From Candidatus Omnitrophota bacterium (GTDB lineage Bacteria; Omnitrophota; Gorgyraeia; Zapsychrales; Fredricksoniimonadaceae), in assembly GCA_903944345.1 (NCBI GenBank), contig CAJARJ010000002.1, forward strand, positions 65,969 to 129,968: a stretch of DNA of 64,000 nt. The letters run 5' to 3'. The notes under the pieces are model-generated. The model was not told where the DNA came from and did no database searches. It saw only the letters and a program-made list of their open reading frames with translations. A program made the position numbers and the translations under genes. Shown here piece after piece: positions 29,366 to 39,327 of this stretch. The stretch's first letter is position 1, and each line of letters opens with the position of its first letter.

Positions 29366-30964
29366 TTAGTACGGTTTATAACCTTTGAGCAGAAAATATG
29401 TATCGGGATCAACCGGGGCATCCCCACTGATAATATGCGGCGTAAGAAAAATAACAATCTCTTCCTTGGTGGTGCTGCGAGTGTCACTGCGAAAGGCCCT
29501 GCCCAGAAAAGGAATATCTCCGAGAACCGGAACGCGGGAATTACCAATAGCCGCATCATCTTTGATCAGTCCGCCAATCACAATGGTCACCCCGTCTTTT
29601 ACCCTGACAGTGGTCTCAACCTCGGAAGTATTGACAATCGGAATCTGGTTCTTCTGCTCACCGGTCGTAATAAACTCGGTTGCGGTAGACACCTCGGGGC
29701 GGATCTTCATGGTGATATAGCCGTCATCATGAATCATTGGCGTGACGTTGAGCTTGACGCCAACATCGATAAAATTTACTGTTTCCGCGGTCGTGGACGG
29801 CCCCGTGGCGCTAACCGTCTGGGAAGTTGTCACATACGGCTGGGTCTTGCCGATATGTATCCGGGCCTCCTGGTTATTGATCACGGCAATGCTCGGTTTG
29901 GAAAGGGTCTTGGTCGTTCCCATCGTGGCCAACGCCTGGATAACAGCCTGGTAGCCATCGCGGCTAAGGGTGCCGATGGTGGCAATCTTGTTAACCGACC
30001 CCAGCTCAAAATCACCGGTCAACTCGACATGATACCGCTCCTGCTGCGGAATCCAGGCTGACCAGTCGACACCCGAATTCTGTCCCTCGCTTAAAGACAG
30101 CTGCACAATCCGGGCCTCAATCAGGGCTTCTTTCTGATGCTTGTCCAGCGACTCGACAACCCGGCGGACACGCTCGACATTCCGGACCGTATCGGTCACC
30201 ACCAGAGCATTGGAAGCCTGGTCAATATCAATTTTTCCGGACTCTTTGGTCATTACGGACACCAGGCTCCGGGCAGCATCTTCAGCCTTGAGATAGCTGA
30301 GTTTAAAGACTTCCGTCCGGGTTTCTTTCTGCGGTTTGTCCAGTGCCGCAATCATCCTGCGCACACGTTCCATATTGACAACCGTATCGGTCACAATCAA
30401 CTCCCCGGAAGCATCGTCGAGCTGGATCGTACCGGTATCTTTGGTCAGGATAGAACCCAGTGCCTTGGCCGCTGTGTCGGCCCCGATATAGTCAAGATTA
30501 AAAAGCTCGGTTTGCATATCAATGCCAAACGCCGCTCCATGCCTTCTTTCGTACTCCTCTGCGCTCATAACCTCGATAATTCCGGAATGCTCCTCATAGG
30601 CAAAACCATTAGACTTAAGGATCAGAGCCAGCACTGCGCGAGCATCCACGTCCTTCAGAAACATGGTCACCCGGCCCTGAACTCCTTTCCCGGCAACAAT
30701 ATTCAGACCTGTCCGCGAAGAGAGCAGGTTAAGCACATCATTGATATCCATATCCTTTAACTGCAGAACATCCAGCCGACCGGAAGGATTCACGGATGGC
30801 AGTTTACGGGTCTGCCCGACAAGGTCTTGCCCCACGACAGCGTCCGGCAAAGGAAAAAATTCATCGGCAACGCTGCTCCCCTCTTCCTGGGCATACACGC
30901 CAACTGTTGCCATCGCTGCACAACAAAGAAAAGCCAGCAAGACTGGCCGCAGGCTAGTGATCAT
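29366..30964 (-). CDS. gspD: type II secretion secretin GspD
   Basis: Signal peptide, repeated N-domains (two near-identical IQLDDASGELIVTDTV / IDIDQASNALVVTDTV modules) and a C-terminal secretin domain (VIGGLIKD...VPVLGDIPFLGRAF). Confidence 0.85.
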   Translation of the reverse strand: MITSLRPVLLAFLCCAAMATVGVYAQEEGSSVADEFFPLPDAVVGQDLVGQTRKLPSVNPSGRLDVLQLKDMDINDVLNLLSSRTGLNIVAGKGVQGRVTMFLKDVDARAVLALILKSNGFAYEEHSGIIEVMSAEEYERRHGAAFGIDMQTELFNLDYIGADTAAKALGSILTKDTGTIQLDDASGELIVTDTVVNMERVRRMIAALDKPQKETRTEVFKLSYLKAEDAARSLVSVMTKESGKIDIDQASNALVVTDTVRNVERVRRVVESLDKHQKEALIEARIVQLSLSEGQNSGVDWSAWIPQQERYHVELTGDFELGSVNKIATIGTLSRDGYQAVIQALATMGTTKTLSKPSIAVINNQEARIHIGKTQPYVTTSQTVSATGPSTTAETVNFIDVGVKLNVTPMIHDDGYITMKIRPEVSTATEFITTGEQKNQIPIVNTSEVETTVRVKDGVTIVIGGLIKDDAAIGNSRVPVLGDIPFLGRAFRSDTRSTTKEEIVIFLTPHIISGDAPVDPDTYFLLKGYKPY

Positions 30965-31443
30965 TGTGCCCCCTCCAGCGTAATACGATATTGCTGTCCC
31001 ATATACTCCAGCTGCACTTGCTCCGTCGATATGCTCAGCACCGAAAGACCTCCTTCTTGACGACCTTCGGAAATAAAATACGTCTTTCCGGCCGGCAAAT
31101 CCTCAACAACAATCTGCGGAAAACTGTCCACCACAACTCCTGCCAGACGAAAACGCCCGGGCAACGAGGAAGGCATGTTTTTACTTTCCGGTGGCGAGCT
31201 GACGGCAACCGGCGTTACGTGACTGAAGATATCCCGGCCTTCCTCGGGAAAAACAAATTCTTCTACAGTCCATTCATTATAAACGGCAGCATCAAGCTCG
31301 ATATCCGAAGAAATGGCCGGCAGCTCCGGCTCCACGACCAACTGCCCGGAACGGAAATAAAGCCATCCCCCGTAAACAGCAGCTATCAGCAGGCAAAGAA
31401 GCCCGACTCGCTCAATCAGGGAAACAAAAAAGTTTTTTTTCAT
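30961..31443 (-). CDS. GspC/PilP-like small bitopic protein, first gene of the gsp operon
   Basis: 160 aa with an N-terminal TM segment and a periplasmic domain; C position of the operon. Sequence is not diagnostic. Confidence 0.35.
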   Translation of the reverse strand: MKKNFFVSLIERVGLLCLLIAAVYGGWLYFRSGQLVVEPELPAISSDIELDAAVYNEWTVEEFVFPEEGRDIFSHVTPVAVSSPPESKNMPSSLPGRFRLAGVVVDSFPQIVVEDLPAGKTYFISEGRQEGGLSVLSISTEQVQLEYMGQQYRITLEGAQ

Positions 31444-31516
31444 TTTGAGATTTCGACCCGAATCTATTATAAATTCATTCGCTGCTTAAGAAAGGAATTA
31501 TCCAGAAAAAAACACA

Positions 31517-32137
31517 TCAACCCCGGGCCTGCCAGACAGGGTGAGCAGCAATCCGGCCCAAAGCCTGGCGCAACAGGGTCTTGCCCGGTTCCTTGCGATG
31601 CCAGGGGGACGCGCCTGAGGGGTGAGGGAGAGGAACCACATCAAATGACACCGCAGCACGGCTTGCCTGAAAAGGTCGCCCGATCATATGCTCCAGCTTC
31701 TCTGCAGGCAAAAAGCAGCTAATCGCCAGACGCCCCACAGGGATCACCAGTCCGGGACGAAGGATTTGTATCTCCTGAGTAAGCCAGTCTGCACAATTCT
31801 CAACCTCAACCGGAGAAGGCACACGATCACCACCTGCAGGAATCTTACCGGGAAAACAACGGCAGACCGCCGCCATGTAAACCGATGAACGAAAACACTC
31901 TTCGCTTGTTCCGCAAAACTCTTCAAACCAGCGAAATAAAGTTTTCCCCGCAGTCCAGGCAAAAGGACGGCCTAACAGCGGCTCCTTATCCCCCGGAGCC
32001 TGCCCAACCAGAAGCACCCGGCTCAGAACGGGCCCCCCGCTGACGACCGGAGGATGCATTAAAGGACATTTTCGGCAGTTGCGCAGGAGGCGTACATGTT
32101 CTTCCAGCTTTTGTTGCTCCTTTTTACTGAAAGACAC
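31517..32137 (-). CDS. uracil-DNA glycosylase family 4/5 (UDG-like)
   Basis: GQAPG motif (family-4 GE[AG]PG-like), four Cys residues, C-terminal HPSG. Confidence 0.7.
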   Translation of the reverse strand: MSFSKKEQQKLEEHVRLLRNCRKCPLMHPPVVSGGPVLSRVLLVGQAPGDKEPLLGRPFAWTAGKTLFRWFEEFCGTSEECFRSSVYMAAVCRCFPGKIPAGGDRVPSPVEVENCADWLTQEIQILRPGLVIPVGRLAISCFLPAEKLEHMIGRPFQASRAAVSFDVVPLPHPSGASPWHRKEPGKTLLRQALGRIAAHPVWQARG

Positions 32138-32175
32138 GAAATCCTCCCGAGAAATCCTGATAAGCTCAAAACACC

Positions 32176-33732
32176 TCAGCCTCTTCTCAACCAGACCAGC
32201 AAACCGGCGACAAGAATGCCGACCGGCAACAGAAAAAGAATCGAGGCCACTACACGTTTCTGCCGGCTGGTCAAATTAAGGGCTTCGATCTTCACTCCTT
32301 TTCGATCCTGAAAAACACGATAATCCAGTTCCGAAAGCCAGTTGATAGCATTCATTCCCAGCGCACCGTTGCTGTACTGGTCAATATAGGCATTGGTCAG
32401 GAAATCCGCGTCGGTAAAAACCATAAAACGGGTATCGCTGCGCTCTGCCCCTTCCTTGTCTTCCATCCCGACATACGCCAACGCCACCGGTCCGGGCACA
32501 TCAATGCCCTCATCATAAAAAACCTTGAGCGTCCGGCTGGTTTCGCCCCAGCTTTTATCTTCTGTCGCGGTCAGAATCGCGGGCACCAGCTTGATCGTCG
32601 GCCGTCGGGGAACAAGGCTGATCGAACGCGGACGGACAAAAAAAGTATAGTCCAGTCCCTGGGTAATCGCTTTATGCGGCAGATAATTTCTGGTTGCCGG
32701 GCTGCCAACATCTTCTCCGGCGTGGCTGACCAGATCAACCACAATATCATCCCCGATACGCAACCCCCAGCTGTTAAGCAGCTCGTTAAGGGAAGGATTC
32801 CTGCGCAAGTCCTCCGGATTCAGCGGCTGGTCCGGCGTAGTCACAACAACATGTTCAATCATAAACAGCACATCACCGCCGGCTTTCATATAAAAATCGA
32901 TATGCCCGCGGTCAGCCGCTGTTAATTCGTCGCGCGGCCCGGCAATCACCAGCACATCACAGTCCTCGGCCACGCGGTTTTCCTGAGCCAAAAGAAGCTC
33001 CCGACTGTGAATATTGCTGGCCTCCAGCAGTTCGGCCAGCCGGCTCAGGCCCTGATCAGACTTGTCTTGCAGGGAAGGTTCCTGATGGCCGGTCAGAAAA
33101 CAGGCCTGCCGGGGGGGGCGGGTGACCCGCACAATGGCATTGGTCAACTGTTCTTCGCTTAAAGGCTTGTCGGAAAAATCCACATCCCGGCGTTCCTTGC
33201 CGGATTGCACCACTACTTTTTCCTGACGGCCATCTATAATATTGCCAAAACGGGCGGCATAACCAATCTCCTGAACAGGATCTATAATGGCCGTCGTTAT
33301 CCGTCCGGAAGAAAGCCGTTCATATTCCCGAAAAAGATCCTCAAGATATGATGGCGGAAAACCGGGAACCAGAGCCGTAATCTCGATATCACCGGGAAGA
33401 TTCTGAATAAAATCCGCAGTGGCCGGCGTTAATGTATGCTGGCGCGCCCGGGTCAAATCCAGTCGCCAGGAAAAACGTGCCGCTCCCGCATTGATCAAAA
33501 ACCAGGTTAGCAGCACCAATAGTGTCAACGCGACCCCCCAAACCCTGCCCGCCCAGCACGCCTTTGTTCCGGGTGTGCGCAACGCCCCGCCTGAAAAAAG
33601 AAACGCGGCCCCCAGGCCCACTCCCGAAATGAAACAGACAACTCCCGCCCAGTGCAACCGCTGTTCCACATAACAAAAAACAAGTCCCAGTGCCGCCAGC
33701 AACACAGCGGCCGCCACAAGGATGGCTCGCAT
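32176..33732 (-). CDS. GldG-like ABC-2 transporter auxiliary (Gld-type) subunit
   Basis: Large periplasmic protein with N- and C-terminal TM anchors, last gene of a GldA/GldF/GldG-type gene triad. Start set at the internal Met (MRAILVAAAV...). Confidence 0.55.
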   Translation of the reverse strand: MRAILVAAAVLLAALGLVFCYVEQRLHWAGVVCFISGVGLGAAFLFSGGALRTPGTKACWAGRVWGVALTLLVLLTWFLINAGAARFSWRLDLTRARQHTLTPATADFIQNLPGDIEITALVPGFPPSYLEDLFREYERLSSGRITTAIIDPVQEIGYAARFGNIIDGRQEKVVVQSGKERRDVDFSDKPLSEEQLTNAIVRVTRPPRQACFLTGHQEPSLQDKSDQGLSRLAELLEASNIHSRELLLAQENRVAEDCDVLVIAGPRDELTAADRGHIDFYMKAGGDVLFMIEHVVVTTPDQPLNPEDLRRNPSLNELLNSWGLRIGDDIVVDLVSHAGEDVGSPATRNYLPHKAITQGLDYTFFVRPRSISLVPRRPTIKLVPAILTATEDKSWGETSRTLKVFYDEGIDVPGPVALAYVGMEDKEGAERSDTRFMVFTDADFLTNAYIDQYSNGALGMNAINWLSELDYRVFQDRKGVKIEALNLTSRQKRVVASILFLLPVGILVAGLLVWLRRG

Positions 33733-33749
33733 ATTACGGTTATGAAAAT

Positions 33750-34466
33750 CTATTCCTGATGCCACAAACGTTCCTCCAGACTCAAAAGCGTCAGCACAAG
33801 ACACAACAGAATCCCGGCCGGATAATACACGAGGTCGCCAGCCGTAACCAAGCCAGCGGAGAAATTCTCCAGATGTCCTGCTGTGGCGATCTGACGGAAA
33901 ACTTCACCCGCCGGGCCACTAAAATATTTCACAAAAGCAGACGAAAAATACAACAAGAAAAGAATTCCGTATGCGGTTATGGCCGCTACAAGTTGATTGG
34001 CTGTCCAGGAAGAGGCCATAACCCCGACAGCAACAAAAAACGACCCCTCCAGCCATATCCCGACGTAGCCGCTAGCCACAACCCCGCGATCGGGCGTGCC
34101 AAAATATTCAATGATTCCATAATAAACAAAGGTCAGCGCAATCAGGAGCGTATAAAAAGCCAGTATCCCGGCATATTTCCCCAGAACAATCGACACCGTT
34201 CGCAAAGGGGCTGTGCGCAGAAGCTCCATGGTCCCGGAAGAACGTTCTTCGGCAAAAGTCCGCATCGTCAAGAGCGGCACAATAAAAAGCAGCATAAACT
34301 CCATAGCCTGAAAAACGCTTTTGAGCACCGCCTCCCGATCCTGATCAATGATCATAAAAAAGAAAATGCTGAAAATCCCGCTGGCCAGCACAAGCACAAT
34401 ATAGGCCATCGCAGAAGTAAAGCAGGCTGCCAGCTCCTTGTGGGCAATCGCCAGCGCTTTATTCAA
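33750..34466 (-). CDS. ABC-2 family permease (GldF-like)
   Basis: Six-TM ABC-2 permease. Proposed TTG start (LNKALAIAHKEL...) lies 5 nt downstream of an AGGAGGT RBS and overlaps the upstream ATPase stop; the tracked ATG at 34571 would overlap that gene by 110 nt. Confidence 0.6.
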   Translation of the reverse strand: MNKALAIAHKELAACFTSAMAYIVLVLASGIFSIFFFMIIDQDREAVLKSVFQAMEFMLLFIVPLLTMRTFAEERSSGTMELLRTAPLRTVSIVLGKYAGILAFYTLLIALTFVYYGIIEYFGTPDRGVVASGYVGIWLEGSFFVAVGVMASSWTANQLVAAITAYGILFLLYFSSAFVKYFSGPAGEVFRQIATAGHLENFSAGLVTAGDLVYYPAGILLCLVLTLLSLEERLWHQE

Positions 34467-35196
34467 GAGGCACCTCCTGATCTTGCGCGTGACAACGGAT
34501 AAAAATATCCTCCAGGGTTGTCCCCTCGGGGGATGCACCCAGAAGCTCCGGCAGCCGGCCATCCAGAACAATGGCTCCGCGCCGAATCACCAAAACTCGC
34601 TGGGCGGTTTGTTCTATTTCGGGAAGAATATGGGTACTTAAAAGAACTGTCCGCTCGTGCCGCAGGGACATGATCAACCGGCGCACTTGCAGAATCTGGA
34701 TGGGATCCAGCCCGCTGGTAGGCTCGTCAAGCAGAAGCAACTTTGGCTCATGAATAATGGCCTGGGCAATCCCGACCCGCTGACGCGTTCCTTTGGAAAG
34801 GACTGCAATAACCCGGTCGCGAGAATCCTCCAGCTGGCACTCGGCCAGCACCCGGTCAACCTGAACGGTGATCCTGCGCACAGGAACATCCTTGATCCGG
34901 GCGGTAAAACGCAGGTAGTCCCTCACGGTCATACCGGGATAAAGCGGCGGAGTCTCCGGCAAATAACCGATGTTCGCGCGCACCTTGAAAGACTGCCGGA
35001 CAATATCGGCTCCGTCAATCTCGACTGTCCCTGAAGAAGGCGGGAAATAGGCGGACAGGATTCGCATCAACGTGGTTTTGCCGGCTCCGTTCTGTCCAAG
35101 CAGGCCCACGATTTCACCCGGACGGATATGAAAAGAAATATCCTGAAGTATCCGGCGACTCCCGAGAAACTTTGTAATATTTCTGGCAACAATCAT
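34459..35196 (-). CDS. ABC transporter ATP-binding protein (GldA-like)
   Basis: Walker A GQNGAGKTT, LSKGTRQRVGIAQA signature, Walker B LLLLDEPTSGLD. Start set at the internal ATG (MIVARNITKF). Confidence 0.85.
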   Translation of the reverse strand: MIVARNITKFLGSRRILQDISFHIRPGEIVGLLGQNGAGKTTLMRILSAYFPPSSGTVEIDGADIVRQSFKVRANIGYLPETPPLYPGMTVRDYLRFTARIKDVPVRRITVQVDRVLAECQLEDSRDRVIAVLSKGTRQRVGIAQAIIHEPKLLLLDEPTSGLDPIQILQVRRLIMSLRHERTVLLSTHILPEIEQTAQRVLVIRRGAIVLDGRLPELLGASPEGTTLEDIFIRCHAQDQEVPLE

Positions 35197-35224
35197 GCTG
35201 TCTTTTCCGTTACGGCTGCACCTC

Positions 35225-38212
35225 TTAGCGTCCGCAGCACTTTTTGTATTTCTTGCCGCTACCGCAGGAACAAAGATCATTGCGTCCGACCTTGTTCAGC
35301 GCCGAAGGCTGATGCGCCACCGGAATATGCCTTGCCGGATCGCCGGCAGAATCTACAGTTATATCGCCGGCTTGCTGCGGATCAATCTTGCCGGTCAAAC
35401 CCGAAAAATCCTGGTGAACAAACTCCTGCCGGGAGCCAAAAACACTGCGTACAGGTTGCTCTTCCTGCGCGGGACGAATCTTGAAAATCATTTCGGCCAC
35501 ATCCACGTGAATGGTTTCAAACATTGTACGGAACATATGAAAACCTTCGCGCTTGTATTCCACAACCGGATCCCGCTGACCCAAAGCGCGCAAACCCACA
35601 CCTTCCTTCAGACGATCCATGGAATACAGATGCTCTTTCCATTTGGAATCGATGGTATGCAGAAGAAACATCCGCTCCAGCTGACGAATATGCGCGGAAC
35701 CGATCTCCTTCTCTTTCTTTTCGTAACAACCGCTCAGCAGAGCAAACAATGAACCGGAAGCTTCCGCAACCGACACGCCTTCAAGCATCTTGAAGGACGC
35801 GCGAATGTCCACGCCAAACTTGTTGAAGCAATATTCCGCCAGCCCGGTAAGATCCGGCGTCTTGCCGCCTTCATCCGACAGAAAACGCTCTGTCGCGTCA
35901 TCCACGGTCGAAGCCACCGACTCAAGAATAAGTTCGCGCGTATCTTCGCCTTCTATAATCGAACGCCGCAGGCTGTAAATAACCTCACGCTGCCGGTTCA
36001 TGGTGGAATCATATTCCAGAAGCTGCTTGCGGATTTCAAAATTGAAACCTTCCACTCTTTTTTGCGCAATCTCGATAGCCTTGGAAACCATGCCGGACTC
36101 GATCATTTCACCGGCCTCAAACCCGAAGTGCCCCATCATGGCCTTGATACGGTCACCGGCAAACAGGCGCATCAGATCGTCTTCCAGCGACACATAAAAA
36201 CGCGAAGCACCCGGATCGCCCTGCCGGCCGGAACGGCCGCGCAGCTGATTGTCTATACGCCGCGACTCGTGCCGTTCGGTTCCGATAATATGCAGCCCGC
36301 CAGCCTGCGTCACCTGTTCGCGTTCTTTCTTGACCGCCTCCCGGAACTGAGCGACAAACTGCGCGGTCAAATCTTCCTGCGAAGGAGCTTCCTGATTATT
36401 TGCTTTGGCTTCCTCGAATTTCTGGAAAGCCAGCGCACGCGCCATAAACTCGGCATTGCCTCCGAGCATAATGTCGGTGCCGCGTCCGGCCATATTGGTG
36501 GCAATGGTGACCGCCTTGAAGCGCCCTGCCTGGGAAATAATAGAGGCTTCCAGTTCATGATATTTGGCATTCAGAACCTGATGCCGGACTCCGCGTGCCT
36601 TGAGCAAGCGGGAGATGTACTCGGACTTTTCAATGGAAACCGTACCGACAAGAACCGGTTGCCCTTTTTCATGGCACACCTCAATCTCCTGGACTACCGC
36701 TTCATACTTTTCCTGCTGGCTGCGAAAAACACAATCCGGGTGATTAATCCTCTGCAGTGGACGATTGGTAGGAATCACCACCACATCCAGGCTGTAAATC
36801 TGCTTGAATTCATTGGCTTCCGTATAGGCCGTTCCGGTCATGCCCGAAAGCTTGTTGTACATACGAAAATAATTCTGGAACGTGATCGTGGCCAGAGTCT
36901 GGTTTTCCCGCTCGATCTTGATGCCTTCTTTTGCTTCCACCGCCTGGTGGAGGCCGTCCGACCAGCGGCGGCCGGGCATCATGCGTCCGGTAAATTCGTC
37001 GACAATCAGCACCTTGCCATCGCGAACAACATAGTCAATATCGGCACGAAAAAACTCCTTGGCGCGCAAGGATTGCAGCACATGATGACGATACTCGACG
37101 GTATCCATATCATGGAGATTCTTGACCCCGAACAAGCTGGCGGCTTTTTCCTCACCAGATTCGGTCAGGGCCACCGACTTGTTTTTTTCATCCGCCAGAT
37201 AATCATAGCCTTCACCGAGATTAACGCCCTTGTGCTTGGCATCCACTTCATCCGACTCGGTGATACGCCGGCCCTTGAGCTGGAGGGATATCTGCTGGGC
37301 CCGGTAATACTTGTCGGTGGATTCTTCCGCCGGGCCGGAAATAATCAGCGGCGTACGCGCCTCGTCAACAAGAATGCTGTCAACCTCGTCAACAATGGCG
37401 AAGTGATGCCCGCGCTGGACCATTTCGTCCTTGTACATGACCATGTTGTCGCGCAAATAATCAAAACCAAACTCGTTGTTGGTGCCATAAGCAATATCCG
37501 CGTTATACGCCAGCTGACGCTGCTGCGGTGTCATGTCATGCTGGATCACCCCGACAGTAAGCCCTAGAAACTCGTACAGCGGCCCCATCCATTCCCGGTC
37601 ACGGCGGGCGAGATAATCGTTAACCGTCACCACATGCACCCCGTCACCGGTCAGCGCATTAAGATACGCGGGCAAGGTTGCCATCAGGGTTTTCCCCTCA
37701 CCGGTGGTCATTTCGGCAATATTCCCGTAATGCAAAACCATTCCGCCAATAAGCTGCACATCAAAATGACGCATCCCCATCACCCGTCGTCCGGCCTCGC
37801 GTACCACCGCAAAGGCCTCGGGAAGAATAACATCCAGAGCCCGCCACTTGGCTTGCAGAAGAGCCTTCTCCCGACGCTTGGATTCTTCCTTGGCGGCCTG
37901 GCGTTCATCGATGGTCGGCGCCTTCACCCACGCCTCGCGGGACTGGCGCAAATCCTCGACTTCTTTTGCAATGAGCTCTTTGATACGTTCCCGGAAACGC
38001 GCGGTCTGCCCCTGAAGTTCCGCGGTGGTCAGTTTTTCTGTCTGCGGCTCCAGCTGATTGATCAAGGAAACCTTGTCCGCCAAGCGACGAACCTCTTTGA
38101 TGGACGGCAAGGGGGCATCTTCACTCAAATGAATATTAACTTTAGGATCCAGCCGGGCGATATGTTTGCGCGCCGCATTAAGGACCGGTTTCTTGATAAA
38201 CATTTCGATCAT
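35225..38212 (-). CDS. secA: preprotein translocase ATPase SecA
   Basis: 995 aa with DEAD motor motifs and the C-terminal zinc-binding CSCGSGKKYKKCCG. Confidence 0.97.
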   Translation of the reverse strand: MIEMFIKKPVLNAARKHIARLDPKVNIHLSEDAPLPSIKEVRRLADKVSLINQLEPQTEKLTTAELQGQTARFRERIKELIAKEVEDLRQSREAWVKAPTIDERQAAKEESKRREKALLQAKWRALDVILPEAFAVVREAGRRVMGMRHFDVQLIGGMVLHYGNIAEMTTGEGKTLMATLPAYLNALTGDGVHVVTVNDYLARRDREWMGPLYEFLGLTVGVIQHDMTPQQRQLAYNADIAYGTNNEFGFDYLRDNMVMYKDEMVQRGHHFAIVDEVDSILVDEARTPLIISGPAEESTDKYYRAQQISLQLKGRRITESDEVDAKHKGVNLGEGYDYLADEKNKSVALTESGEEKAASLFGVKNLHDMDTVEYRHHVLQSLRAKEFFRADIDYVVRDGKVLIVDEFTGRMMPGRRWSDGLHQAVEAKEGIKIERENQTLATITFQNYFRMYNKLSGMTGTAYTEANEFKQIYSLDVVVIPTNRPLQRINHPDCVFRSQQEKYEAVVQEIEVCHEKGQPVLVGTVSIEKSEYISRLLKARGVRHQVLNAKYHELEASIISQAGRFKAVTIATNMAGRGTDIMLGGNAEFMARALAFQKFEEAKANNQEAPSQEDLTAQFVAQFREAVKKEREQVTQAGGLHIIGTERHESRRIDNQLRGRSGRQGDPGASRFYVSLEDDLMRLFAGDRIKAMMGHFGFEAGEMIESGMVSKAIEIAQKRVEGFNFEIRKQLLEYDSTMNRQREVIYSLRRSIIEGEDTRELILESVASTVDDATERFLSDEGGKTPDLTGLAEYCFNKFGVDIRASFKMLEGVSVAEASGSLFALLSGCYEKKEKEIGSAHIRQLERMFLLHTIDSKWKEHLYSMDRLKEGVGLRALGQRDPVVEYKREGFHMFRTMFETIHVDVAEMIFKIRPAQEEQPVRSVFGSRQEFVHQDFSGLTGKIDPQQAGDITVDSAGDPARHIPVAHQPSALNKVGRNDLCSCGSGKKYKKCCGR

Positions 38213-39321
38213 ACGGCGTCTCCCTGTTTTCCGTCGGGTCTCATTTTCAAGAAAGCTTCTATAAACATATCGATATCTCCGTCCATAACCTTCTGCACAT
38301 TTCCTGTTTCAGCGTCGGTACGATGATCCTTGACCATCTGATAAGGCTGCATGACATAGGAGCGAATCTGGCTGCCCCACTCGATCTTCTGTTTCTGGCC
38401 CGACTCGGCCGCAAGCTTTTTGTCAAATTCCTGCTGTTTAAGTTCAAACAGTTTGGCCTTGAGCACTTTCATGCAACGGGCCTTGTTCTGCAGCTGGGAG
38501 CGCTCGACCTGGCTCTGGGTCACAATACCGGTAGGCATGTGGGTAATCCGCACCGCCGAATCCGCAGTATTGACACTTTGCCCCCCCGGCCCGGAAGAAC
38601 GAAAAACATCAACCTTCAGGTCGTCGGGATTGATCTCGACTTCAATATCATCATCAATCTCGGGGATCACATCCACCGAGGCAAACGAAGTGTGCCGGCG
38701 CTTGTTGGCGTCAAAAGGCGAGATCCGTACCAGGCGGTGCACACCCTTCTCGGCCTTAAGATAACCATAGGCTTTCTCGCCCTCGATACGCACCGAAACA
38801 TTCTTGAGACCCGCGTCTTCTCCGGCCAGAACATCATAAACATCCACCTTGAAGCCTTTGTTCTCGGCCCAACGGGTGTACATGCGAAACAGCATACTGG
38901 TCCAGTCACAGGACTCTGTCCCCCCCGCGCCTGAGTTCAGATTCAGAAGGGCATTGCAGTTATCGTAAGGCCCCGAAAGCAGAACCTGAATCTCGAAACG
39001 ATCAACCTCCTGCTCCAGCTGGGAGGCCTCCTGCTCCAGGGACTGCTCCATCCCGGAATCGCCATCAGCCATATCCAGCAGCTCGCGGGCATCCTGCACA
39101 CGCTTTTGCAAATCCATGGAAGGCTCGTTCACCGCTTTAAGGGCCTTAAGCTCGCGGATCATCCGGTTGGCGTTATCCTGATTATTCCAGAAATCCGCGG
39201 CTGTCATTTTGTCGTCAATCTCGCGGATGCGGGCCGCCATGACCGGCAAATCAAGAAAACCCCGAAGATCGGACAGTTTCTGGGCCAGAGCGTTAATTCT
39301 GCGAGACAATAATTCGTTCAT
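38209..39321 (-). CDS. prfB: peptide chain release factor 2
   Basis: GGQ motif (SGPGGQSVN) plus SPF tripeptide (VRISPFD). It is one continuous ORF with no frameshift site. Confidence 0.88.
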   Translation of the reverse strand: MNELLSRRINALAQKLSDLRGFLDLPVMAARIREIDDKMTAADFWNNQDNANRMIRELKALKAVNEPSMDLQKRVQDARELLDMADGDSGMEQSLEQEASQLEQEVDRFEIQVLLSGPYDNCNALLNLNSGAGGTESCDWTSMLFRMYTRWAENKGFKVDVYDVLAGEDAGLKNVSVRIEGEKAYGYLKAEKGVHRLVRISPFDANKRRHTSFASVDVIPEIDDDIEVEINPDDLKVDVFRSSGPGGQSVNTADSAVRITHMPTGIVTQSQVERSQLQNKARCMKVLKAKLFELKQQEFDKKLAAESGQKQKIEWGSQIRSYVMQPYQMVKDHRTDAETGNVQKVMDGDIDMFIEAFLKMRPDGKQGDAV

Positions 39322-39327
39322 GCTTCC

